A program made the translations under genes and the position numbers. The notes under the pieces are model-generated. The model was not told where the DNA came from. It saw only the letters and a program-made list of their open reading frames with translations, and made no database searches. Positions 43,830 to 52,575 of a stretch of DNA of 52,575 nucleotides are shown piece by piece; the first letter of the stretch is position 1, and every line of letters begins with the position of its first letter. Source of the DNA: an uncultured Nitrososphaeraceae archaeon (GTDB lineage Archaea > Thermoproteota > Nitrososphaeria > Nitrososphaerales > Nitrososphaeraceae); NCBI GenBank assembly GCA_963765895.1, contig CAVXZB010000005.1, positions 1-52,575 of the forward strand, written 5' to 3'.

Positions 43830-44834
43830 ATGAACAGAAATAACTCAAATTGCGACCCCGGATTTCCGATTGTTCGAATGAGACGGCTACGTAAGAGCGC
43901 TGCAATACGCGACCTGTTTCAAGAAACACATCTCTCGGTCAGAGATTTAGTATGCCCAATCTTCATACAAGATGGTATTAATGCACCGACGAGTATTGAA
44001 TCAATGCCGGATATTAATAGAATACCAGTAACAAGCCTGATTAGTGAAATTCAAGAAATAATTGATTTAGGAATACGTGGCGTAATTTTATTCGGAATTC
44101 CATCGCACAAGTACGATCTCGCGAATACTGCCTATTCAAGCACAGGCGTAGTTCAACGTTCTGTTGAGCTTATACGTAAGAATTTTGGAGAAAAAATAGC
44201 TGTCATCACGGATGTTTGTCTTTGTCAGTATACCACTCATGGCCAATGTGGTATTGTCTCAAAAGGTAGCGTGGACAATGATAAGAGCATTAAGATTCTG
44301 GGAAAAGTTGCTCTAAGTCACGCCAAAGCAGGAGCAGATATAGTAGCACCATCTGCAATGATGGATGGTCAGGTAGGTCATATCAGAAACGATCTGGATG
44401 AAAATGGGTTTTCTGACGTTGCTATTCTGGGTTATTCTGCTAAACACGCTTCCGCTCTCTATACGCCATTTAGGGATGCTTCCTCTTCTTCACCACGGAG
44501 CGGTGATAGAACATCATATCAACTCCCATACTATAACAGAAGGGAGGCGATTAGAGAAATTGAATCAGATATTAGAGAAGGCGCTGATATAGTCATGATT
44601 AAACCAGCAATTCCGTATCTAGATCTAATCTATCAAACACGTAAGATTACCAATCATCCTATTTGTGCATATAGTGTTTCTGGCGAGTATTCTCTAATAA
44701 AAGCCGCAGCCGCTGAGGGCTGGATTGACGAAAACAACCTAATGACAGAATTCCTTACCTCAATAAAGCGGGCAGGCTCGGACATAATAATTACCTATCA
44801 TGCAAAGAGAATGGCAGGATTACTGAGCGATTGA
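43830..44834 (+). CDS. hemB: Porphobilinogen synthase
   Basis: DVCLCQYTTHGQCG, APSAMMDGQV, MIKPA and AYSVSGEY. Confidence 0.97.
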   Translation: MNRNNSNCDPGFPIVRMRRLRKSAAIRDLFQETHLSVRDLVCPIFIQDGINAPTSIESMPDINRIPVTSLISEIQEIIDLGIRGVILFGIPSHKYDLANTAYSSTGVVQRSVELIRKNFGEKIAVITDVCLCQYTTHGQCGIVSKGSVDNDKSIKILGKVALSHAKAGADIVAPSAMMDGQVGHIRNDLDENGFSDVAILGYSAKHASALYTPFRDASSSSPRSGDRTSYQLPYYNRREAIREIESDIREGADIVMIKPAIPYLDLIYQTRKITNHPICAYSVSGEYSLIKAAAAEGWIDENNLMTEFLTSIKRAGSDIIITYHAKRMAGLLSD

Positions 44835-44908
44835 CAGAAGTAAGTTCATAGTAGAGTCATGGATAGGATCACCACCACGATACTATTATTTACTTTGACT
44901 CTGTACAT

Positions 44909-46210
44909 TTGTTTATATTCACATTGCCCGATAAATCAGAATTAATTTTTAAAAGAGCGGCCGAAGTTATGCCAGGTGGTGTAAATAGCCCTGTTCGTTT
45001 TTATAGTCCATATCCTTTTTTCGTTAGTTCTGGATTTGGAAGCAAGATAGTAACGGTTGATCATAAAACGTATACTGACTATTGCATGGGCTATGGTGCA
45101 CTGTTACTGGGACATGCTTATCAGCCGCTAATTGATTCAATTAAGGCTGATCTCGATAAAGGAACACTTTATTGCGTTCCTACTGAAAACGAAGTCAGGC
45201 TGGCAGAAAAGCTTTCAAGCATTTTTCCATGTGCTGAAATGACTAGAATTTTAAATACTGGAATGGAAGCAACAATGACAGCGATCAGATTAGCAAGAGC
45301 CTATACTGGAAAGAACAAGATCGTAAAATTAGATGGCTGCTATCATGGAGCTCATGACTATGGTCTAGTTCGAAGAGGTCGAGCAGGCTATGAAGGCCTA
45401 CCAACCTCAGAGGGAATTATCAATGAGATATCTTCGAAAACATTGGTAGTCGACTATAATGATATCTCAAAATTTGAGGATTTAATACGTAGTAGGGATG
45501 ATATTGCTGGAGTTATAATCGAGCCAGTAGCAGCCAACATGGGTCTTGTAGTACCCGAAAAGCAGTATTTAAACGAGGTAAGGAGAATTACGCAGCAAAA
45601 CGGCGTTGTACTGATATTTGATGAAGTCGTTACTGGATTCAGACTCTCACTGGGTGGAGCTAGTGAATTTTTTGGGATCAAGCCAGATATCGTTACGTTG
45701 GCAAAGGCGATGGGAAACGGGTTTCCTGTTGCTGCGGTTTGTGGCAAGAAGGCTATTATGGGGCTGTTATCTCCCAAAGGTAACGTCTATCAAGCAAGTA
45801 CTTACGCAGGCAATCCTATTTCAGTTGCAGCCGCATTAAAGACTATCGATATACTCATGGAAATAGGTAATGATATTTACCCTAGGATATCAAGGGCATG
45901 CGACATTTTGGTTGTTGGTATAACAGAAATGGCTGAGGATTTAGGATTAAATTTTACAATCAATTCCATCGGGTCAATGTATCAATTGTTCTTCACTAGT
46001 GAACACGTGAAGGACCTTAATAATGCAAAGAAAAGTGATGCGATTATCTTTCGACAGCTTTACGATGAGTTACTAAAAAGGGATATATTTATTCCACCCT
46101 CTCAATTTGAAACATGTTTTGTATCTTATGCCCACACAGAGGATGATATTGATAGGACCGTGGAAGTCTATGGACAGGCCCTAAAGGAGGTTAAAAATCA
46201 TTCTGGCTAA
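44909..46210 (+). CDS. hemL: Glutamate-1-semialdehyde 2,1-aminomutase
   Basis: PGGVNSPVR, GCYHGAHD, FDEVVTGFR and PSQFE. Confidence 0.97.
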   Translation: MFIFTLPDKSELIFKRAAEVMPGGVNSPVRFYSPYPFFVSSGFGSKIVTVDHKTYTDYCMGYGALLLGHAYQPLIDSIKADLDKGTLYCVPTENEVRLAEKLSSIFPCAEMTRILNTGMEATMTAIRLARAYTGKNKIVKLDGCYHGAHDYGLVRRGRAGYEGLPTSEGIINEISSKTLVVDYNDISKFEDLIRSRDDIAGVIIEPVAANMGLVVPEKQYLNEVRRITQQNGVVLIFDEVVTGFRLSLGGASEFFGIKPDIVTLAKAMGNGFPVAAVCGKKAIMGLLSPKGNVYQASTYAGNPISVAAALKTIDILMEIGNDIYPRISRACDILVVGITEMAEDLGLNFTINSIGSMYQLFFTSEHVKDLNNAKKSDAIIFRQLYDELLKRDIFIPPSQFETCFVSYAHTEDDIDRTVEVYGQALKEVKNHSG

Positions 46211-47153
46211 ATTAAGAGTTGGCACGAGAGGCAGTACCCTAGCAATCAAACAGACTGAAATCGTGGTCAAAGCTCTCTAAAGTCAGATCCATCTATAGAA
46301 TTTGAACTTGTAAAAATCAACACTAGGGGTGATATGGAAAAGAGGCCTTTATTTACTATGGATGAAAAGGGTATATTCCAAAAAGAAGTGGATCAGTCGG
46401 TAATTCATGGTGAAACCGACTTTGCTGTTCATAGCTTGAAAGACATACCTAGTGAACTATCTGATGGACTAGTTATTGCATCTATTCCCAAACGAGCAAC
46501 GCCAAATGACGTGCTGATTAACAGACATAATTTGTATCTTAAAGATCTCCCTGATAGATCAGTAATCGGTACAAGTAGTCTGAGAAGAGCAATTCAGGTA
46601 ATGAGGCTTAGGCGTGACTTAGATGTACGGCCTATAAGGGGAAATGTTGAGACCAGAATCAATAAATCTATAAGCGGTGAATATGATGCGATAGTCCTTG
46701 CTGAAGCTGGATTGACTAGACTATCATTACATGCTAATATTGCTCAGAGATTTAGTATCAAATCATTTGTTCCAGCACCGGGGCAGGGGATTATCGCGGT
46801 TACCTGCAGAAGCGATAACCCGGAGCTTATAAGAAAATTGCAAGAAATAGAGGACTACGAGTCGAGACAGCAAGCAGTTGCAGAACGATCTTTGACTAGA
46901 AGCATACAAGGCGGTTGCCGATTCCCAGTTGGAGCTATAGCCATTACCAGACTTAAAGCAGATGAATTAACTTTACACGCGAGTGTTTTTTCTTCGGACG
47001 GTTCCAAGAATATCAAGATAAAGGAAACAGGATTGCTCCCTCATGCGGCTGAGATAGGAATCAAATTAGCTGAATAGGCTAAATCGCATGGGAGTTGGTA
47101 AGTTTGCCGCCGAATGGCGAAACGCAATCAATCAATGGAATATGAGATTATGA
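46200..47153 (+). CDS. hemC: Porphobilinogen deaminase (frameshifts ~46278 and ~47073)
   Basis: KLRVGTRGSTLA lies upstream in another frame; AVHSLKDIP, GTSSLRR, RGNVETR, PAPGQG and GGCRFP. Confidence 0.93.
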
Positions 47154-47908
47154 GTATGCTACCCAGTAAGGGCGTAGTCTATATTTGCGGAGCTGGGCCA
47201 GGGGATCCAGGTCTGATTACTGTCAGATGTTTGGAGCTTTTAAAGAGCTGCGACATAGTTCTTTACGATAGATTAGTTAGTGAAGAAATCATTAGCCAGG
47301 TTCCAGCAGCTATAAAAAAAGTGTACGTGGGAAAATCAGTCGGATGTTCAGGACAACAAAGTAATATAAATAAAATAATGATAGAGTATGCAAGACAGGG
47401 AAAAAAAGTATTAAGACTAAAGGGAGGAGACCCGTTCATTTTCGGAAGAGGAGCAGAAGAGGCAGAATTCTTGCAAAGCAAAAAGATAAGATTTGAGATA
47501 ATACCAGGAATATCTTCTGCAATAGCCACGCCTGCATACGCTGGTGTTCCATTAACACACAGGAAATACTCTTCATCAGTTGCGATCACTACTGGACATG
47601 AAGATCCTGAAAAAGGGCTCGCTAGAGCAAACTGGAAAGGACTTGCCAAAGCCGTAGATACAATTGTCGTATTGATGGGCATAGAACGATTACCACAAAT
47701 CGTTAGGAAATTGAGAGACGGTGGTTTAAGCAATAAAATAAATGTGATCGTAATCGAAGCTGGAACTACGGACAAGCAAAGATATGTGTACGGAAGACTG
47801 GACGATATCTTGATAAAGGTGAAAAAAGCCAAAATTCATCCCCCTGCAGTTATTGTTATAGGAGAAGTCACTGCCTTATGCAAGAGATTAGCCTGGTTTT
47901 CTCGATGA
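47150..47908 (+). CDS. cobA: Uroporphyrinogen-III C-methyltransferase
   Basis: GAGPGDPGLIT, RLKGGDPFIFGRGAEE, PGISSA and GVPLTHR. Confidence 0.96.
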   Translation: MSMLPSKGVVYICGAGPGDPGLITVRCLELLKSCDIVLYDRLVSEEIISQVPAAIKKVYVGKSVGCSGQQSNINKIMIEYARQGKKVLRLKGGDPFIFGRGAEEAEFLQSKKIRFEIIPGISSAIATPAYAGVPLTHRKYSSSVAITTGHEDPEKGLARANWKGLAKAVDTIVVLMGIERLPQIVRKLRDGGLSNKINVIVIEAGTTDKQRYVYGRLDDILIKVKKAKIHPPAVIVIGEVTALCKRLAWFSR

Positions 47909-47915
47909 CACTAAC

Positions 47916-48734
47916 TTGACACAGACAGAGCTTTTAGAGAACAAGACTCTTGTGATAACAAGAAAATCTGAAGATGCTAAAGAATTTTTAAATCTAGTCA
48001 CTTCTGCAGGTGGTGTGGGCATTGCGTTACCAACAATCGATATCGTTCCTAATCTGAGTGCAATTAAGAATGCAGTCAGGCTTATCCTCTTTGGAGACTA
48101 TGATATCTGTATCTTTATGAGTCCAAGTGGGGTGGGAGTGCTTTGTGAATACGCAACCGAGTATGACAAGATCGAAAATTTGGTGTCAGTTTTAAATACT
48201 AAAACTGTTGTCGCGCAAGGACCAATGACTAAGAAAAGCTTACAAAAGTACGGGATATATGTTAGTCAAATTCCAGATAGATTTTCATCTGAGGGAATAG
48301 TGTCCCTTTTTAGCAAACTAAATCTTGAGCCAGGAAAGAAAATTATTGTTCCTCGGAGTGGGATGTCAAATGACTTTGTCACACGGTCTTTGACAAACCT
48401 GGGATTAGATATTACTGAACTTTTTTTGTACACAACAAGAACAGCTATCCCAGGAAAAATCTGGAATGAATTCATTTATCTTTTCAAGAAGAGCAGAATA
48501 GATGCAATTGTTTTTACAAGTGGCTCATCAGTAAATTCATTTTTCGAAATTTTGCACAGGCTATGTTGCAATTATCATCAATTCCTGCGACCTAGCATGG
48601 CTATTATTTCCATTGGTCCGCTGACAACTCGAGAACTAGATCAAAGAAATATTCATTGTATTGAGGCTTCGGAACACACGATACGAGGTACCTTAGATCT
48701 AGCAAAATCTCTCTTGAACAGTAGGATAAGATAA
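47916..48734 (+). CDS. hemD: Uroporphyrinogen-III synthase
   Basis: VITR, FMSPSGV, FTSGSSV and SIGPLT; last gene of the hem operon. Confidence 0.93.
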   Translation: MTQTELLENKTLVITRKSEDAKEFLNLVTSAGGVGIALPTIDIVPNLSAIKNAVRLILFGDYDICIFMSPSGVGVLCEYATEYDKIENLVSVLNTKTVVAQGPMTKKSLQKYGIYVSQIPDRFSSEGIVSLFSKLNLEPGKKIIVPRSGMSNDFVTRSLTNLGLDITELFLYTTRTAIPGKIWNEFIYLFKKSRIDAIVFTSGSSVNSFFEILHRLCCNYHQFLRPSMAIISIGPLTTRELDQRNIHCIEASEHTIRGTLDLAKSLLNSRIR

Positions 48735-48840
48735 AGGAAGTATATTAGACTGATTTCTACTTATGGATTTTGATAAGGATTGTTCGTTTGCAATTAAATA
48801 TGAATTGTTGCCTATAATATAAATATAGTAATGATACCCC

Positions 48841-48869
48841 AAAATATATATAAAACATAACGGCGTTAT
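48841..48869 (+). promoter_or_regulatory. TATA box of sufB with a downstream ATAAC-N3-GTTAT inverted repeat
   Basis: aaaatatatataaa ~25-35 nt upstream of the ATG (leaderless-type spacing); inverted repeat at 48857-48869. Confidence 0.5.
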
Positions 48870-48878
48870 ATAGTTAGT

Positions 48879-50279
48879 ATGACAACAGAACAACTCAATA
48901 TGGATTATAGTAAATACGATTTTAAGGACTCTACGGAGTTATATGTTTATCTAAGTAAGAAGGGCCTGTCAAGAGGCACAGTAGAAGAAATTAGTAAGAT
49001 GAAAGGGGAGCCAGATTGGATGAGGGACTTTAGGCTCAGAGCTTATGATACATTTCTCAGCAAGCCGATGCCGCAATGGGGTGGTGACTTGTCAAAGATT
49101 GACTTTCAAAACATCTATTACTACGCCAAAGCGTCTGAGAAGCAAGGAAAGGATTGGAATGATGTACCAGAATCGGTGAGAAATACCTTTGAAAAGCTTG
49201 GAATACCTGAAGCAGAAAGAAAGTTCCTGGCTGGAGTAGGAGCACAGTATGAGTCTGAAGTGGTATATCATAACTTGCGAGAAGATTTGCAGAAACAAGG
49301 AGTAATATTTATTGATACAGATACTGCAGTAAGAGAACAACCAGAACTATTGAAAAAACACTTCGGAAAGGTTATTCCACCAGAAGATAATAAATTCGCT
49401 GCTTTAAATAGTGCGGTGTGGTCTGGTGGTTCATTCATATATATTCCACCTAATGTAAAGGTTGAACTGCCGCTACAAGCTTACTTTAGAATCAATGCAG
49501 AAAATATAGGACAATTCGAAAGAACCTTGATAATTGCTGACGAAAATTCTGAAGTTCATTATATTGAAGGATGTACCGCGCCAGTTTATACCACAGAATC
49601 ATTGCACTCTGCGGTTGTAGAACTCATCGCAAAACGCGGGGCGAAGATCCGGTATACGACAATCCAGAACTGGAGTAAGGATGTTTATAATTTAGTAACA
49701 AAGAGGGCATATGCCTATGAGAATGCGACGGTCGAATGGATAGATGGAAATCTTGGCAGTAAATTAACAATGAAGTATCCAGGCGTATACATGCTAGGCA
49801 AGAATTCCCATGCAGAAGTTATATCTGTGGCTTTCGCAGGCTCTGGCCAGCACCAAGATGCAGGTGCAAAAGCAGTTCATCTTGCTCCACGTACTACATC
49901 TAGGATAACAAGTAAATCTGTAAGCAAGGAATCCGGTAGGACCACATATCGTGGTCTGTTGCATGTGGCAAAAGGAGCAACCGAGGTAAAATCAAATGTC
50001 AGATGTGACGCACTACTGCTAGATGACAACTCAAGAACCGATACATATCCTTATGTAGAGGTTAACGCAGACGATGCGACAGTATCGCATGAAGCAACTG
50101 TAGGGAAAATAGGCGATGACCAGATCTTTTATTTGATGAGTAGAGGATTTACGGAATCGGATGCTCTCTCGCTAATTGTCGGTGGATTTATGGAACCTTT
50201 CACTAAAGAGCTGCCGATGGAATATGCTGTCGAGCTCAATAGATTAGTGAAAATGGAAATGGAAGGCTCAGTAGGATAA
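48879..50279 (+). CDS. sufB: Fe-S cluster assembly protein SufB
   Basis: [34 protein letters not shown] and HEATVGKI. Confidence 0.97.
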   Translation: MTTEQLNMDYSKYDFKDSTELYVYLSKKGLSRGTVEEISKMKGEPDWMRDFRLRAYDTFLSKPMPQWGGDLSKIDFQNIYYYAKASEKQGKDWNDVPESVRNTFEKLGIPEAERKFLAGVGAQYESEVVYHNLREDLQKQGVIFIDTDTAVREQPELLKKHFGKVIPPEDNKFAALNSAVWSGGSFIYIPPNVKVELPLQAYFRINAENIGQFERTLIIADENSEVHYIEGCTAPVYTTESLHSAVVELIAKRGAKIRYTTIQNWSKDVYNLVTKRAYAYENATVEWIDGNLGSKLTMKYPGVYMLGKNSHAEVISVAFAGSGQHQDAGAKAVHLAPRTTSRITSKSVSKESGRTTYRGLLHVAKGATEVKSNVRCDALLLDDNSRTDTYPYVEVNADDATVSHEATVGKIGDDQIFYLMSRGFTESDALSLIVGGFMEPFTKELPMEYAVELNRLVKMEMEGSVG

Positions 50280-50329
50280 TGATAACGTTATCATCTGCCG
50301 GTAAAGTGTGAACGAGGCGATGATAAGGT

Positions 50330-51750
50330 TTGGCAACACTTTCTTCAGTTAGCATAAATGATGTTGAGACAATAGGTAGAGAAAATGAGGAGCCTGAATG
50401 GCTTCTTCAAATGAGAAGAACTGCTTTTGCTGAATATTCATCTCTTCCAGCGGAAGTTTCTCCGCTTTATTCAAAATATTCAGACATTAATCGATTAAAG
50501 CCACAAAATATCCAGTTACCTGATATAAATACTATAGATGAGCCACATAAAGAATTACGCGACCGTCTGAAGGAAGTAGAAGAAGGAAGCAGTGTCCTGA
50601 GAATTGGAACAAATATAAATGAAATATCACTTTCAGATGCTCATTCAAAAAATGGCGTAGTTATCACAGATCTGAGGGATGGACTAAAAAAGTTTGAAGA
50701 AAAAATCAAGTCGATACTTATATCAAATAGACTCAATTTTGTTGAGGACAAATTTCTCGCATTGGAGGGTTCCATTTTTAGAGGTGGTCTATTTATTTAT
50801 ATTCCAAAGAATCTAACAGTCGATCAACCTATCAGATTAATTAATTCTCTAAGTGAAAAGGGCACTTCCTCGGTTACTAGGAACATTGTATATGCGGATT
50901 CAGGTTCAAAAGCTACCATAATTCAGGAGATGTATTCACCAACACCAATAAGCAGGTACCTGAAACCCAACAAGCATATTTTGAGTTATTAGAATGTCAT
51001 GTCGGTCAAAATGCGTCTCTAGAAATGGTAACCTTACAAGCCATGGACAGCAAGTCTGCAAACTTCTCAAATAGAAAGGCATTCCTTGAAAGAGACGGAA
51101 GAATATCATGGTACTCAGGAATGTTTGGTAGCCAGTTGTCTAGGTATAAAATTGATAGTATAATGAAAGGGCCAGGCTCGATAGCAGAAGATGTGGAGAT
51201 CATATTTGGTGTAGGCGACCAGTCGTTCGATGTGACCTCAAATTTGATACATGAAGGCAATAATTCTAGGGGAAGAGTCCTAGTCAAATCCGTAATGAAG
51301 GATGCGTCAAAATCTCTATTTAAGGGTATGATAAAAATCGGTAAAGGAGCGAAAGGTTCGGAGTCATATCTTGCCGGTCATTCTATTCTACTGGACAAGG
51401 GTGCTAAATCAGACGCTATCCCTGGATTAGAGATAGAAACCAATGAGGTCAAAGCCACTCATTCTGCTTCCGTAGCACAGATGGACGAGTCCCAGATCTT
51501 TTATCTTATGTCAAGAGGGTTGAACTTGGAGTCCGCGAAACGGGAAATTGTAAGTGGATTCTTGGAACCTTTGTCTAGGAAGATGGGTTCAGGAATCAGA
51601 GCATGGATTAACTACTTGATTGAAAACAAATGGACAGGTAAGTCATTAATGCTTAGGACCGATGAAGCAATGGCTCAAATATTAGAAGTTGAAAAATCTC
51701 GATACCATGAAACTCAGGATATTTTTGAAAAACATTACAAGTATCGCTAG
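50330..51750 (+). CDS. sufD: Fe-S cluster assembly protein SufD (frameshift ~50970)
   Basis: ORFs 50330-50992 and 51025-51750; AIPGLEIETNEVKATHSASV and FYLMSRGL. Confidence 0.92.
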
Positions 51751-51753
51751 GAC

Positions 51754-52080
51754 TTGAAATTTATGGCGGAATGGATAAAGATCTGTCAAATAAAGGAAAT
51801 TAATGACTCTGAACCCTACAGCTATGACCATGGTGAGAGTAAGATAATGCTAACAAAATTAAATAATGAAATTTTTGCAACGGATAGAATTTGTACTCAT
51901 GCTTACGCTGATTTATCAACAGGATTTTTGAATGATAAAGAGATGGCTATTACCTGTCCCCTACACATGTCCAGCTTTAGATTAAATGATGGTGTTCCAT
52001 TGAATTTACCGGCTGAGGAGCCTATAAAGATATATCAGACAAAAATAGAAGAAGGCGTAATTTACGTCTTGATAGATTAG
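51754..52080 (+). CDS. Rieske [2Fe-2S] ferredoxin
   Basis: CTH...CPLH Rieske motif; directly after sufD. Confidence 0.93.
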   Translation: MKFMAEWIKICQIKEINDSEPYSYDHGESKIMLTKLNNEIFATDRICTHAYADLSTGFLNDKEMAITCPLHMSSFRLNDGVPLNLPAEEPIKIYQTKIEEGVIYVLID

Positions 52081-52575
52081 CAGGATAATGACACATATTA
52101 CGAAAAGTGACTGTTTTGTTTTGAGTATTAGTTTTATCCCATGATTGTTCCTAAACTTGATCTAATGTGTGGCCGCATATATCCAGGGATTGGCTAGTTA
52201 TGAATTAGTTGTAAATGGAGGAACATTCACTATTGGCTTACCAACTATGACAAGTGCAAGTGCCAATATCGAAGAACGATGGATTGAATTTTGTCAATAA
52301 ATGCGCCACGTTGAAATAAGTATCTTGAACAATTGTCAGTAGAATATGACGCAATGTGAATTAATTGTATATGAGTTGAATTGTGTTCTGTTATGAACTT
52401 GTACGACGGTACTACACGCTATCTAGGCAAGATATAATAGCTAAGACTCCCCGATGAATACTACAATATTTTGAAGTTAATCTAGAGTATGTTTTTTCCC
52501 CAAATCAATCAGTCTAGCCTAGGTACACACTACTTCCTAGAAATAAAACGTGTATGGCTTACACGTCAAATCAAT

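Noticed and set aside
30869-51287. Many 60-190 aa antisense or alternate-frame ORFs inside rpl10e, pgk, radA, hemL, cobA, sufB and others
   Set aside because: They overlap confidently identified genes and have no independent motifs.

Overview
Low-GC archaeal DNA whose gene content points to a soil ammonia-oxidising archaeon (Nitrososphaeraceae; inferred, not searched). Bases 1-25723 form one giant inverted repeat: 1..~12858 is the reverse complement of ~12894..25723, with the fold point inside a secreted-protein gene. The arms differ by synonymous SNPs and by complementary indels, and the left arm becomes very noisy near the apex. The simplest reading is a long-read fold-back chimera joining two strain haplotypes; a real duplication is less likely. 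The duplicated block holds a YkgJ protein, small Zn-finger proteins, an HNH-like protein, endonuclease V, a secreted His/Asn/Asp-repeat protein and an intron-containing tRNA-Ala. It also holds a rhodanese, a Zfx-type ferredoxin fusion, a cellulose-synthase-like GT2, a box C/D guide RNA and an uncharacterised wHTH + AAA+ ATPase operon. The single-copy part (25724-52575) is mostly housekeeping: tRNA-Gly, tRNA-Glu, a splicing endonuclease subunit, rpl10e, pgk, RNase HI, the radA-rpl21e-rpo4-DUF655-ksgA-hemK cluster, the sirC-hemABLC-cobA-hemD tetrapyrrole operon and sufB-sufD-Rieske. Many genes carry single frameshifts, probably sequencing errors. The best leads for new biology are the wHTH/AAA+ operon, the C/D guide RNA, two further structured-RNA candidates, the Zn-less ferredoxin fusion and unannotated Zn-finger microproteins.
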